A stretch of DNA of 60,918 nucleotides, filler included, from Globobulimina sp. (GCA_003354225.1; 19 parts of 19 records of this genome joined end to end with filler, not necessarily neighbours in it); one strand, 5' to 3'. Counted from the first letter of the whole stretch, positions 25,828 to 39,447 are shown. Made by a program: numbers and translations. The notes: generated from the sequence alone by a model not told the origin.

Positions 25828-28581
25828 TTGAGTCAAATGTGTGCAAAGTTTGGTACATATTTGGAAGAATTGTCCGACAAAAATCAAATGGATTTTAACA
25901 GTATAATAGCATATGCGATGCATGAATATAATATGGATATATTACACGGATTAGATTTCAAACCCAAATATAAAATATGCGATAATTATTATCAATTTGT
26001 GAGTAACGTATTTGGTTTGAATAAAGTGGTAAAAAAATTAGTATGTGATGACAATATATATCCATTCCAATTGGATGTGTGGTTGGTACCGCATACAATT
26101 GTGCACAGCGATGATTTTGAAGCATTTGAAGGTATGGGTCCATGTCCAATACATTCGTCTGCCATGTTGTTAATTGTTATGTGATAAAAACAAATAACTG
26201 TCATACGCGAAGAGAAAAAGCAGTGCGGTGATATTGAGGAGACATTGCTTGAAATCGATTATGGCGAAGAGTATTATGAGCACGAACTGCGAGAATATGA
26301 GGATGCGAACAATGACAAACCATATGTGTTCCGCCTGGCTAATCATAACCGAATGGTTGAGTTTATAGAGGATAGTTTTGCCGGGAAAGAGATTGTAAAT
26401 ATAGCGAAAAATATGCGCTATGTCTTAATGATTGATCGGAGACATGAAAGCTCTGAGCATGATGGCTATTGTTTGATTCATATGCATCAAGACAGCGTTG
26501 GTGAGCACTGTTATTTTGACCAACAATACTTTGAGAAGTCGCAAAATTGTCTGTTTGGCACTGAAGATGAAGAGGAGGCAAATTGGAGCTTATATGAGAA
26601 TAATGCACATATTTTTGGTTTGAGTTATCATGTTTTGGATAAAAACACAGTGAAAATGTATTGGAATGTGGGCAATAAGAAAAGTAGATTTTTGATGAGT
26701 GATTTATACAATGTTTGGCCTCTATATTTTGATGAGAAGTTAAACGATTTTTCCGTATTGGATGGCATTGCGGAGTTATTGGATGAGGATAATTATAATG
26801 TGCCCGATGTTGAATTCAATGCGTTCTATCAATGCATTACCAAAACACAACAGAAAGAGCAGATTATCATGAATGAGAAATGGAGAATAAGCAGTGTGCC
26901 CAATGCAGAATTAATGGAAGAAGTGGAGGAAGAAAAAAACGTGGAGTTGAAAGAGGAAAACAGCTTTGAAAATGAAGAGGAAATATTGAGCGAAGATGTG
27001 GATATGAATGAAGCGGTATGTTCGCGGGACAATATATCCTCGCAATCATCGCAAATATCCTCGCAATCACAGTTATCGAATGCGTATAATTCTAATTATA
27101 ATAATATTGATTATGTCGAAAATGAGAATGGTAATTATCACGAGCAACATTATGAACATGAATATAAAAAACAAGATAATGAGGATGTGGATGAGGAGAA
27201 GAAAATAAATAATCCAATGACAGCAATGAAGGAATGGCTGAGAGAGAAAGACTTTACACGTAAATATTCGGCACAACATTTAATATTTGAGAGCACATTG
27301 AAGGAGCTATGGGATGATGGCGACGACGACTTTGAAGTCGACTGTGTGTTTGAAGAATTATTGCCATTTAATGACGGAGATATCGATAATTCAGAGATAT
27401 TGACCACAATTCGAGATGATGAGCATTGTAAAGAACAGGATTTTAATGCGTATATTAGCGGTTTAATTGATAGTTTGAAGGAATATATTGCTATAAATGA
27501 TGATGATGAAGCTGTAGAATATGATGGCTTGGAAGATAGAGTTGAAGATATCGGCAATAAATATGGCGGCGGAGGTAATATAAAGACATTATATAAAGTG
27601 AATAACAAACATTTTTCATTTTATTGTTGTGGGGATTGTAAGAATAACTTTGCTCGATTTATTTTTTGCGATATTACAAAACAACAAAAATTAGAAATAT
27701 TATCAAATTATTTTTGGAGCTTTGATTACGAATTAAGACAACATTTAATTCAACTTTTAACCGAATATTATGATGGCAAACAATCTGAAAATATAAATAA
27801 TTTATTATCTGAATTAAATGGACCAAATGTGTTTATTGATAATGACGAGAAATGGATCAATATGTTTGTAAATGTACTAAATGAACGAAATGGAGATATT
27901 TTATTGTCATTGTCACAGTTAACTTGTCATAAAAAGGGAAATAATTTAATTCGAGAATTGCGAGAGAATATATTTGATATTAATAATAAAGATATTATGA
28001 AAAGGTTACAAATTAATATTACTAAAATCAGAAATAATTTAAATAGATTAAATCTAAATATCCATTTAACGAATGATGAGATATCTGTATTATATATAAT
28101 TGCAAATGATAATTTATTTAACATTTTACGTAATATCGAATCCGCATCGTGTCAATGGAAATCGTTTCATTTTAATGTGATTTCTGCAATTAATAAATTA
28201 AAAAAACATAGATACCATTTTGAAATACCAAACAATTTATATTGCTATGCTTCAAATATAAAAAATAATAGTAATTTAAATTCATATTTGAATCAAATAA
28301 CTCTGTGGCATTCAGATCTATCACAGCAACAAAAATATATGAACGATAAAAATACAATATTGCATTTACAAAATATAAAACATTTAAAAAACAATATTCA
28401 AATTATACCAATTGAATGGATTGTTAGTGCTGATAAGGAGAATAATAATTTATTTTTAGTTTTACCATTAACAATTACAAAACTTTCGTGCGTAACAAAG
28501 CGTCCTTTTTCTGATTCAATTTGCCAATATGTTATACCAAGTAAAGCAAACTATAAATCGATTGAAATCATTACTTTATGA
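25828..28581 (+). CDS. Large acidic hypothetical protein
   Basis: ORFs 25828-26184 and 26245-28581 are in the same frame and can be joined by an 81-nt GT-AG intron (26132-26212). Confidence 0.7.
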
Positions 28582-28923
28582 ATATAAGATAAAGTACAAT
28601 AATAATAATGTCTCAATATATTTGATTTCAACTTTTTTCTGTTTGTTTGTTTGTTTTTGTGCAGATCATATATTCATGTTATTGGTAGCCAACAAACTGA
28701 ATATCATTTCTTTTTAATTCCGATAATAAAAATATAGATATCGACTAAATTGTCGGATTTATTCTCGCTGTTTTTTAATAATCCTAACTTAACCTATTTA
28801 ATGGCAGATCCAAGCCCAGATCANNNNNNNNNNNNNNNNNNNNNNNNNNNNNNNNNNNNNNNNNNNNTTAATTAATTAANNNNNNNNNNNNNNNNNNNNN
28901 NNNNNNNNNNNNNNNNNNNNNNN

Positions 28924-29031
28924 CAGCCACAACACACCCCGACCACCATCACCTCGACCACGACCACCACGACCAGCACCAGCCAGACCACCCCCACCCC
29001 CACCAACACAACCAACCAACCGTCAGTTTAA
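28924..29031 (+). CDS. Thr-rich C-terminal fragment of a gene cut by the contig edge
   Basis: Reads QPQHTPTTITSTTTTTTSTSQTTPTPTNTTNQPSV* from ACC/ACG-rich sequence. Confidence 0.35.
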   Translation, partial: QPQHTPTTITSTTTTTTSTSQTTPTPTNTTNQPSV

Positions 29032-29408
29032 ATTTTCAAACCAGCAAATAGTCGATCCCTAAAGATGTGGCTAACACAAATCAATGAAAAAGGAATTGAG
29101 AATGTTAGAAAGTGGTGATTTGATTTTGATTTTCGAAAAAATTGAAATAAATGAAGTATAATATTATTAATACGTTATATGACACACAAAACATGCACAT
29201 GTGAGAAAAAACAAAGGAAAACGAAAAAGAAAAAAAAAAAAAAGATAAACTTTTTTCATAAGGTATGGTAAAGATATTAAGTAATAAGGTAAGGGGTAAT
29301 GGGTAAGGTAAATAAGTCTATATTATAAGGTAGAATTTATAATTTAGAAATAGAGAATAATAATTATTATACGCTAAGCTTAAATTTGAATTGCATGAAT
29401 TTGAAATC

Positions 29409-31926
29409 TCAATCTTGTGTGGCACCATATCCACTTTTTGCTTTTGCGGCTTTCTCCACCGTCACGACGGGCGGCGGCTGTTTCTCTTCCACAATGTCTT
29501 GTTTCTGCGGCGTAGCGCCCGGCAGAGTGGCGGGCCGGATCGAGCGGTCCATGGTGTCCCCCAACGACGTGGTCATGGCGCCGCCCTGTCCCGCTCCCGA
29601 CGACTTCTTCCTCTTTTCGCGCTTCTCCCGCTTCAGCGACATGTAGTACACAAAGCGGTCGCTCTCCGACGGCCTACTGATGGCCCAAAACGCCACCACC
29701 AACAACACCAAAGCGAAGCAGCAGCCCACTGTCACCATCACGATCTGCCAAATCTCCAGGGCGTCCGCATATTTGTCCACCACATACGTCCGCATATACG
29801 TCTCCATCGAGGGCTGCCAGTCCACTTTCCAGACGCCGCGAGCATAGATATTCTCCAAGGTCTGCTGCACCACTCTCTCTCCGGCATCTCGACCGACAAA
29901 AAAGGCCTCAACTTCTCCATATTTCGCCTCAGACGCAAACACATCGGGCAATGACGTCAATGGTTCCCGCGAAAATAAGCCAGAATCCGCAAATAACGAA
30001 TCAAAGACAGTGTTTCCATCGCTGTCTGGCGTGCTCATATACGTCCATAATGGCTGTCGCGCAGTGCATTTTTTCATGGAAACCAAGGCGTTCACCTTCA
30101 TATTGCTGCGCACCGTCGGCGACATAATGAAATCCAACGCTTTGGTCACTAGGATGTTGTTGGGATCTTCGTAGACCGCGCCCAACGCCGCCAAGATGTA
30201 AGTTTGCTGCTCGATGTTCACCAAATCATACAACGCGATGATGTCATTCAAGGTGGCTTCGTTCCGGACATCGTAGGCCAAGGTGCCGGCGATCAAAGCT
30301 TGTAACACGTCCTCCTGCACAAAGGCTAAACGGCCATCTTCGATTTTCGGCTCATTGCCTTTTTTTAAATAGATTTTTTATATTATAACATCTATAGAAT
30401 TTATAGAATCACATACATCCGTAGCACAAGTCGGGATTCTCACAGATACGGTTCGAACATTCATAAAATAGTTCGTAAGCCGCGTACAAAATGCCCGCGT
30501 CGTTGAAGCGAACCAATGCTTTCAAACTCACAGATTTCAAAATGTTGCAGTCAGAATTGGCCGGACAGTCTTCGTGATCGATTCGAAACGGCTTCGCAAT
30601 GTCGTTGACGACCAACACCAATACCCTCCGAATTATATCAGATGCGAAGTCGCGGAAATATCCACGTAATGCCCTGTCGTCGCGGCTATTATTTTCAAAC
30701 ACTAACTCACAATAAACATCGTCAATGTATATGAACGACTCGATAATCACGTTAAAGACGGCAAATTCCGGCAACTCTCTGGCTTCCAAAGCAGCCAACA
30801 TTTGGTCCACAATATTTCGGATAAAATCTAAATACGATTCAGGCGAAATATACGACGCCTGCATCAATGCAAAGCGGTCCGAAATGATGGCGATTTGGTT
30901 CAATTTGCCAACTCTTAACCAATTATCCATCAATAGCTGCATGGAAAAGTCGTCATATTGCACGCGGAAGAAATTGAACAAAGCTTGGTCGGAGCTCTCG
31001 GGATCACCGTCGATGGGATTAACTAAATAGAATTCAGGCCGTTGATTGGTGCTCGTCAAATTGCGCGAAGTCATCATATTATCGTCGTCCGTGCCGGCAA
31101 TCTCAATCAAGCCACCTTCGGCATCACGCCACGACATCGGCACTCTCCAGGTTTGCGCCCTGAAACTGTCAACTACAAACCATCAAAATGTCACAATTTC
31201 ACACGTTTTGCAAGAATATATTTTAAAAAATAGACGTACCCATTTCTTGCGTTACAAAGGGCATATTCTCGGCCGCTCCACTCTGATAAAAGGCGGGTCC
31301 GTGTTTTACAAATCTTTGCTGTTTGATGTTAAATATCAAATCGTCGCCATCCTCGACGGCATCCACCGTAATCAAAGGAAAGCCTTCCTGCAAAATAAAG
31401 GAGTCCATTAATTGCGAAACATCACTGCCTAACTTATCGCCTAATTGCTCACTCGTCGCAGTGCCGAATTTATACTCCTCCAAATAGTCATGAATGGCAT
31501 CTAAAAAATCTTCGTGTCCCATCACATTGGCAATGGTGTTGACCACACCCATTCCTTTCTGGTACGTGATGGAATTGAACAGGGACAATATTTGCGAAGG
31601 GTCGCCAGACACGTCTTGCTTCACTGCGTTGGTGAATAGCGAGGAATCGTCGAACATCACATTGGTGATGGCCTGCACTTTATTCTCGTTCAGGTTGTAG
31701 CCGGGCTGCATATAATTGCCACCGAGGTAGGCCATGTATGTGGCGAAGCCCTCATTTAGCCACAAATCGTCCCACCACGCGGGAGACACTAAATTGCCAA
31801 ACCATTGATGTGCTAATTCATGCGCAATGATCAAGATCTGATCGCTCTTACTCGCTTGAGACGAAATCTCGCGATCTACTAATAACCGCGCGGTACGGTA
31901 GATGATTAAACCCCAATTCTCCATGG
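29409..31926 (-). CDS. M1 family aminopeptidase with C-terminal TM helix, multi-exon, 5' partial
   Basis: AMENWG, HELAH-x18-E (WLNEGFA), ITYQKG, ERAP1_C-like region, TM helix IWQIVMVTVGCCFALVLLVVAFWAI. Confidence 0.9.
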
Positions 31927-32135
31927 CTGAGCACACAAAAAAAGCACGCAAGCATGGTCAGGCTGAGAGTAGTAAGCACACTAAAAAGTTTTTTGTTGCA
32001 TATCGGGAACAAATTGAAAACCGGATTGACAAACTNNNNNNNNNNNNNNNNNNNNNNNNNNNNNNNNNNNNNNNNNNNNTTAATTAATTAANNNNNNNNN
32101 NNNNNNNNNNNNNNNNNNNNNNNNNNNNNNNNNNN

Positions 32136-35100
32136 ATTGTTTGTAACATAAATAATGCGTGGCTTATCATGATAGATTTTGTTTAGTCTGAATTTATTAA
32201 TTAAACCTTGTATCTTCTCAAATCCATGAGGTGGCTCATCGTAATTATCATCATTTTCTTTGTCAGACAACACTTCTTTTATTAAATTGATGCGTACTTT
32301 GCATCTGCTCCAATATGTACATAAACACATAATGTATGGTATCAATAATATTAAACCCCCATCGTCTGCGATCCACCAAACATCGATTATATTTTCGAAA
32401 CAATGGGTCAAATTCCAGTCAATTTTATGGTACTTTTCTAAATCACAAAGACCGTGACATATCATCACACCATATCCGTACAACAATGAATCCCGTAATA
32501 TCTCAATATATTCTGCGCATTCTATATCTGCTCCTTTGTCTTGGTCTTGTTTGTGCTTATAACCATTATCGTTTTTATAGTCTTCTTCGTCATTCTCTTC
32601 GTTATCAATGATCTCTTCGTCCAATCTCAATAAATTCAAAATAATTGTATTTGGTCTCAACGCACCTTTATTTGGATGTATATATCAATATTGTTGGAAG
32701 ATGCTGACATGATTTAAGCTAAAGTTTTTTTTTACTTTACTTTAAATCATGACGTCCATGCAAAGCATACCTAAGCCACTATTTTGCAGTACAGTTTGCA
32801 TGCAGTTCCTATACGATCCATCCGTAGTAATTACGTCATTAAACCCGAGTGATCTTTTCGATGTATATTTCATGTGTTTATGTGCAAATTGCCTAATTGG
32901 TAAATACCCGTCTTTTAAACTGACATAACTCTTATTCACGCCTCTTTTTTTACATGTTCTCATTTTGGCGATGGCTGTATTTTCATCTAATTTCTTGATC
33001 ACCGATTTCCGATAATTTTCTTTAATCACAGAACAACAAAATATCAACGAATGACATTTTCGTAACGTCTCCACATATTTTGTTAAACTGTATTTCCGTC
33101 CAAATGCAACCACTAAAAAAGCCGGTCTCCAGTTAAATTCCGTCGCGTTGGAATGGTCCGATTTATCCGTCAATGCCAAATTTAACAATGCGCGGTATGT
33201 CTCATACATTGCTCTCGAATGGAAAGCTCCGCCCCAACTCACATTGGGGTCGTTGATATAAATATAAATGTAAAAGAACAAAGCAATGGACACAGTGATT
33301 GCGCCATAGATTGGCGACAATAGAAACATAATCACGCCGCATAAAATGGCGCCGCTTAATGCCGTAATCCAGCTAAAATACTTAAATCCCGGCCTCCAGC
33401 CTGGAGAGCGACTGATATCCATTATGAAGCAGGAAAAATTGATTAATAAATATACCATAATGAAAAATAGTGATATTAGCGGTGCGACGGAGTCAAGTTT
33501 CCCGATTGCGTTCACACATAATGCGACCGCAGCGGTTAAATAATATCCGCGGATTGGATTGCCGTCGGCATTGGCTCTGGTAAAGAATGACAAACCCGGT
33601 ATGTTGATAATATTATCCTCGCCAACCGCCTGTAATATGCGTGGGGCGCCCACCAAACTGGCAATTGCCGAAGATATGGTGGCTGCGTACGTGGCGATGT
33701 AGATTATATACTCATTGATGCAAATATTGGTCATCACCATTTTATTGTTGATGAGGGAGTCCCGCGGCGCTGTGGAGCCTATCAGCATTACCAAAATGAT
33801 ATAGGTCGTGGATGAGATAAATATTGCCCAAAATGTGCCTTTCGGAATGTCCTTGGATGGGTTTCGCAAATCTCCTGACAAATTGGCACCGGCCATGATC
33901 CCAGTAACCGCTGGAAAGAATATTGCCAAAACTGACCAAAAGTTGTAACCGTCCGTATAACCGGAAGTCAGATTATCTTTGAAATTCTGTTGGAATCCTT
34001 TCAAAACGCCGTCAATTTCCGGATCGTCAGAGGTTCGATAAAAAGAACCGATCGCTAAGGAAACCACGCTGAATAATATCCAAATTAGAAGCAATATTTG
34101 CGCCTTAATTGCAGTTAAAAAGTGTTTGTGTATGTTGACGACAGCTTGATTTATAAGAAAAGCTCGGTTTTATATAACTAAATAACACTTATATGTGCTT
34201 ATTTCATTTAGATTTGGTTGTTGTATCATACCTTAATGACATATTTTAAGCCAACAATGGCTAAAACTAACACAATGGCCAAGAAAATGGTGGACCATAA
34301 GCGAATGTCATTGATTTGCTGATCAAAAACTGAGAGTCCAGCCTGAGTCTGCAAATTATCAGAAAGTGATTCAGCAAAACCAATTAGGTATAAACTGACA
34401 GCAAACATCGAAGCAATGGATAATATCATTCCGACGCTACCACCGAATTCAGGTCCAATCGTCCTCGAAATAATGTAATAAGCACCACCCGCTCGCACAG
34501 TGCCATTGGTGCATATGGCGCTCATTGAGATCGTGGTCAATGTGGTTACAACGGTCGACAACAGGATGATTAAAATCGACCCGATTATTCCAGCTTGCCC
34601 TACAATCCAACCTTATTTATCCCAAAAGCCCATCAAAAACACGTTTTTTGTATAGATATAGATCAAAAAACATACCTAAGCGCAGAAATAAGATAACGCC
34701 CCAAATGTTTAACAAAGCACCGGTCATCACGCCATCCCATGGCCCAAATTTGGTGGAGGTCTTCCCAACGTCGCTAGAAGTGATTGCAGCTAAATCAATG
34801 GGTAAACAATCGCCCTTTGCGTCTAATAACGGTGCTTCTAATTCGTCCGCATTGCTGTTAGCATTGTTTTCGTCAATAACCTGTATGCTGAGACTGTTGC
34901 TACTGTTTAATTTCATATTTGATAGCGAATACAAGTTGTCATTGTTGAAAAAGGAATTTGGCAAAATGCTGGAGGCTACAAGTTGCCTGGTAGGGGATTC
35001 GTAGTTTTTTTGGTAGAATTTAGCAGATGGCGTCATTTCCCATGGATCTATCCACGATCTGTCGATATTGCCTTGCAATAAGTGCAAGTTTAAATTGCGT

Positions 35101-35246
35101 GTTTCTGACGTTGATGAGATAAATGAACTGGATATGCTGCCGACGCTGCTATTAATACTATAGGGCGATTTGGATTTGTAGAGATTAAAAGAATCGTCTG
35201 ATATGTTTGAAGGTAATGATTCCAATAATGACGGCTGGCATAAACT
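32136..35246 (-). CDS. SLC12 cation-chloride cotransporter, multi-exon, partial at both ends
   Basis: KFGPWDGV...[87 protein letters not shown]. Confidence 0.95.
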
Positions 35247-35420
35247 NNNNNNNNNNNNNNNNNNNNNNNNNNNNNNNNNNNNNNNNNNNNTTAATTAATT
35301 AANNNNNNNNNNNNNNNNNNNNNNNNNNNNNNNNNNNNNNNNNNNNATCAAGTATTAATTATTACCACATGAAACTGTAACTATAGTTGATTAAAAACTG
35401 TAAAATAATATCTTTATAGA

Positions 35421-37730
35421 ATGTCGACCACTTTGCACCGTCCTCGAAGAAATACAAGAAAACGTAAACGAGCGCACGATTTTGACGATAGTAACGATAT
35501 TAATATTCACCACGAACCAAAAAGAAGAAAGAAAATTGAAGTATGCCATATATTCTTTTTCCGATGAAATATATTGTATAAACAATTAAACAGACATTTT
35601 CTGAGCGATCTGCTGATGGATTTTGTAATTATTGTACAGATCCATATAAATTAATATGTTGTAAACAATGTTCTAGATCCTGGCATCTTAATTGTTTAAA
35701 AAAATATCTTCGAAATGGTTCGCAAAATCACAGAAAACATGAAAACGATTCTCAAATCCCATTAAAACCGATAACAAACAATACAATAAATACTATCAAT
35801 AATCACCAACATGAATGTAATCCAAATAACAATGCTGAATTAGCAATAAATATGCCCAAATCTTTACAATTCCCACCAATATCTGACCACGAAGAAGTGA
35901 ATGGAATAGAAATTGAGATTTGTGAATGGGAAAAGAATGAAAAAGAAATACGAAATAAAAATCCTGATCCAATACAATTAATTAATATGACACCCAACGA
36001 ATCGTTAAATAATATTAGAAAATGGGTTAAAAATATCACGCCGAGTATTATGACACACTCTCAATTATATAACGATACATTGAAAAAACAAATCATTGCT
36101 TTATTTGTTTGCACAGATTGTTTAAATAAGACACATCAATGTTTTATATGCAAAACGAGAGAAAAAGAGCAAGAATTACCACAAAAATGCAATGCTCGTC
36201 CATGTGGCAAATATTATCATCGTTCGTGTTTATTATCAGATAAATGCTATTCATTCCATACACAATTTTATATGAATGGAAACATCAAATGTCCAGCTCA
36301 TCATTGTTGGAGTTGTTATGAACTATCCACAAAAACAAAAAACAACAACATTGCACGCAAAACCTGTTGGTATTGTCCTCGTTCATATCATCGAAATTGT
36401 GTACCATTAACTGCGGAATTAATGAGTTTACAAATCACCGACAATGATGTGCAAATACAACGATATCCTGACTTTCGATACGATTTAATTACATGCTGTT
36501 GGAATGACAGTGATAAACTAAGTATTGATCAAAGAGTTCCATTTCATCCAAAACCAAAAGATTTACAATTTGGTAGAAACGACGTTAAAGCCGGTATATT
36601 TAAATGGAAATTGTGGGACAAAAATGGAAGCATTGCGCAGTTTTATCGGTTGGAAGATGACCCATTCTCCATCGATATAAGTCTGGTGAATCAATATAAG
36701 GAAAAACGAAACAATAAAAACAAAAAACGAAAAAAAAATCCATATCCAACAAATTTCAGAAAAATACGAAAATGTATATTTTATTTTTATATGTCTTGTT
36801 TTCTACAATTTCATTTATTTGGATACATTTTATTTAGTGAAATATGGAAAAGATTATAAAAAAGCTCCAACTAAGCCAGATTATGGGCGGTGTTCCTGTG
36901 TCAACGGCTGTTCATTGGATTGGAGCTGTACTAATTATTCAATGGACATCGAATGTAATGGACACAACTGCGGTTTGAGCGAGAGAGATATTGAAGAGGG
37001 TTTATGCGAGAATCGACAATTTGCGTCGTTGATCAGTAGCGATAATGTTGAAATAAAATCGACATTTAATGGGCGGGGATTTGGTTCCTTTGCGAAAAGA
37101 GATTTGCGATCCAATCAATTAATTATTGAATATGTTGGCGAAGTTATAAGCAAACAAGAATCAACTCGACGGATAAAAGAATTGAATGCTATAAAATCCC
37201 AAAACTTTTATTTTTTTCAAGTTGATTCGAAAACAGTGATTGATGGCACTTTATGTGGCAATGAATCGCGATTTTTAAACCATTCGTGTGATGCAAATTG
37301 TTATACGCGGCGATGGAGTGTTGATGGCGAGGATCGATTGGGCATATTTGCTGCTGTCAATATTAAAAAGGGAGGCGAATTAACGTATGATTATCAGTAT
37401 GAAGTGCCAGATCCCGATGATACGCAAACGTTAGCAAAGTGTTTGTGTGGTACGAAAAAGTGTAGATTTTTTTTAGGTTTTAATAAAAAAAAAGAAGCCG
37501 AATGGAAAGAAAAACAAAAGAAGGAAGGAAATAAAGTAAAATGTGAGGATGAGGAGGAAATTAAGAGGAAAAAGAAAAAAAAAAAGAAAAAAAGAAAAAA
37601 ACACAAACACCGATCTAAAAAGAAAAAGAAACATCGATCTAAAAAGAAAAAGAAATCTAAAAAGAAACATAAATCTAAAAAGGAAGAGAAGGATATTGGC
37701 AGTGATATGAATATAAACAATATTACCTAA
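35421..37730 (+). CDS. NSD/ASHH-type SET2-family histone lysine methyltransferase (PHD fingers, AWS-SET-postSET)
   Basis: Exon 1 MSTTLHRP...KIE, intron ending 35593, PHD fingers, intron near 36774-36838, then GRGFG, EYVGEV, SRFLNHSC, ELTYDY, CLCGTKKCR and a Lys-rich tail. Confidence 0.9.
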
Positions 37731-38013
37731 TTTTTGGTTGACATTTTATAACTTAATTTGGTTTGTTTTATTTATTGCTTGCTTTACCTGAATTTTATTT
37801 AATGCATATCGTAATCGTACCTCATCTTGCATTAGTTCCTTAATTTCATTGCTAAAAACGTATTACAATGGACAAATAAATGGAAGTACATACAAAAAAT
37901 CATGTTAATTACTGCTGATCTGTAGTGAAAATATTGGTCAAACCTACAAACCTCTAAACATAAAAAACATGAAACCTAAAATCTCTGCGATAAATGCAGT
38001 TCTTTCAATCAAT

Positions 38014-38371
38014 TACACACGACTTTCTCATCAACGTTTTTTTAATCAAATAATGATGAGAAACCAATCTGAGAAACCAACCCTTAAATAACGGTCAATC
38101 ACCATCATAATAACAAAAATCTGAGAAACCAACGAGTTTCTCACTGGTTTCTCATGAGAAACCGGCCATATTTGAGAAACCGACGGTTACTCATCCAAAA
38201 TCCACGCATATATATTTTAATGGTTCGTCATATTATATTCCAGAAAGCATCTAAACCATATTCCAATCATTCTCGAGCAGGTATAATTTTATTACAATCG
38301 ACACATTTTGTAAAAACACACAATATAAAATTCTATTTTTTGAAAAAAAACAGGTGAGAAAGTCGTGTGTA
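38014..38371. mobile_element. MITE-like non-autonomous TIR element
   Basis: Perfect 17-bp inverted ends TACACACGACTTTCTCA (38014-38030) and TGAGAAAGTCGTGTGTA (38355-38371), including a flanking TA; internal TGAGAAACC copies in both orientations. Confidence 0.75.
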
Positions 38372-38558
38372 GAGTTTTCCTATTTGACCTTGATTTTGCT
38401 CATGATCAACTTTTTTTAATCATTTGTGAATTGTTAGAGAAAAAGCTTAAGTAACTGNNNNNNNNNNNNNNNNNNNNNNNNNNNNNNNNNNNNNNNNNNN
38501 NTTAATTAATTAANNNNNNNNNNNNNNNNNNNNNNNNNNNNNNNNNNNNNNNNNNNNT

Positions 38559-39447
38559 ACCTGATTTGAGAAATTCATACCAGATTCAAATTTGTCAAAT
38601 CTCTCATGAATTTCTCAAATCAACTAGTTTGTCTGAATTATGTGATTCATAAATTTCTCAAATCTATCAAATCTATCAAATCTATTCAAATTTCTCAAAT
38701 CTAGAGCCATTAATACAATACACACGCATTGCCATGGATGATAGGATGGATTCAATTGTGTATTCATTCATTAGTAAGTAATATTGCATTTTTCGATGCA
38801 TTTTTATTTGTTATATTGGTGTGGTATTATTTTATTAATTGAATCATCCATCCAACTCCGGTGCTTTAATTACTCTTTGTATAAACAGCCAAGAATCTTT
38901 GTATAAACTCCGGTGCTTTAATTAATCATCCATCCAACTCCGGTAGTCATTACATTTTGTATAAACAGCCAAGAATTGCCATATCCAATAGCACAAATTC
39001 CGACCATTAGTATATCATCGTATGTATCAGCAATTAATTTAAATGATACTGATACTCAAACTCATATTGCTTCATTATTTGATGAAGGATTTCATCGATG
39101 GGATTATGAAATTAATTTGTTGATTATGAAATTAATTCGACTTTGATGCAAAACACTAAATGGATTCAAACAAAACGGATGTATTTATGGATGTTCTATG
39201 GATGTATTTATGCAAACCATTATATTGATCGAATAGTTTTGAACTGTAAAGCCATGTATATCAGTCTTACAATGGCTAAATTTACTGTAGATTTTGAGAA
39301 ATTTGATAAATTGAGAGAAATCTGATGAATTTTGAGAAATTTGATAAATTAATATCAAAGTAATATGTTTGAGAAATTTATGAGAAATTTGAGAAATTTG
39401 TATAGATTTAAAGCGATTAAAATTTCTCAAAATTTCTCAAATCAGGT
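38559..39447. mobile_element. Foldback-like non-autonomous element with modular subterminal repeats
   Basis: Perfect 17-bp TIR ACCTGATTTGAGAAATT (38559-38575 / 39431-39447). TTTCTCAAA-type arrays on the left and TTTGAGAAA/TTTGATAAA arrays on the right. Confidence 0.75.

Noticed and set aside
26182-26187. In-frame TGA-TAA as stop-codon readthrough or a variant genetic code
   Set aside because: Removed by an in-frame GT-AG intron (26132-26212); conserved genes here use the standard code.
27034-27069. 21-bp period duplication ATATCCTCGCAATCA
   Set aside because: In-frame slippage in a disordered region (ISSQSSQ); unremarkable.
29255-29335. TAAGG/TAAGGG repeats as telomeric sequence
   Set aside because: Few, irregular and internal to an intergenic/3' UTR region.
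37550-37690. Lys-rich repeat and its antisense Phe-rich ORFs
   Set aside because: Low-complexity tail of the SET protein; the antisense ORFs are shadows, as are most short ORFs overlapping called genes.
38372-38558. The two TGAGAAA elements as one composite element
   Set aside because: They lie on different contigs separated by a spacer.
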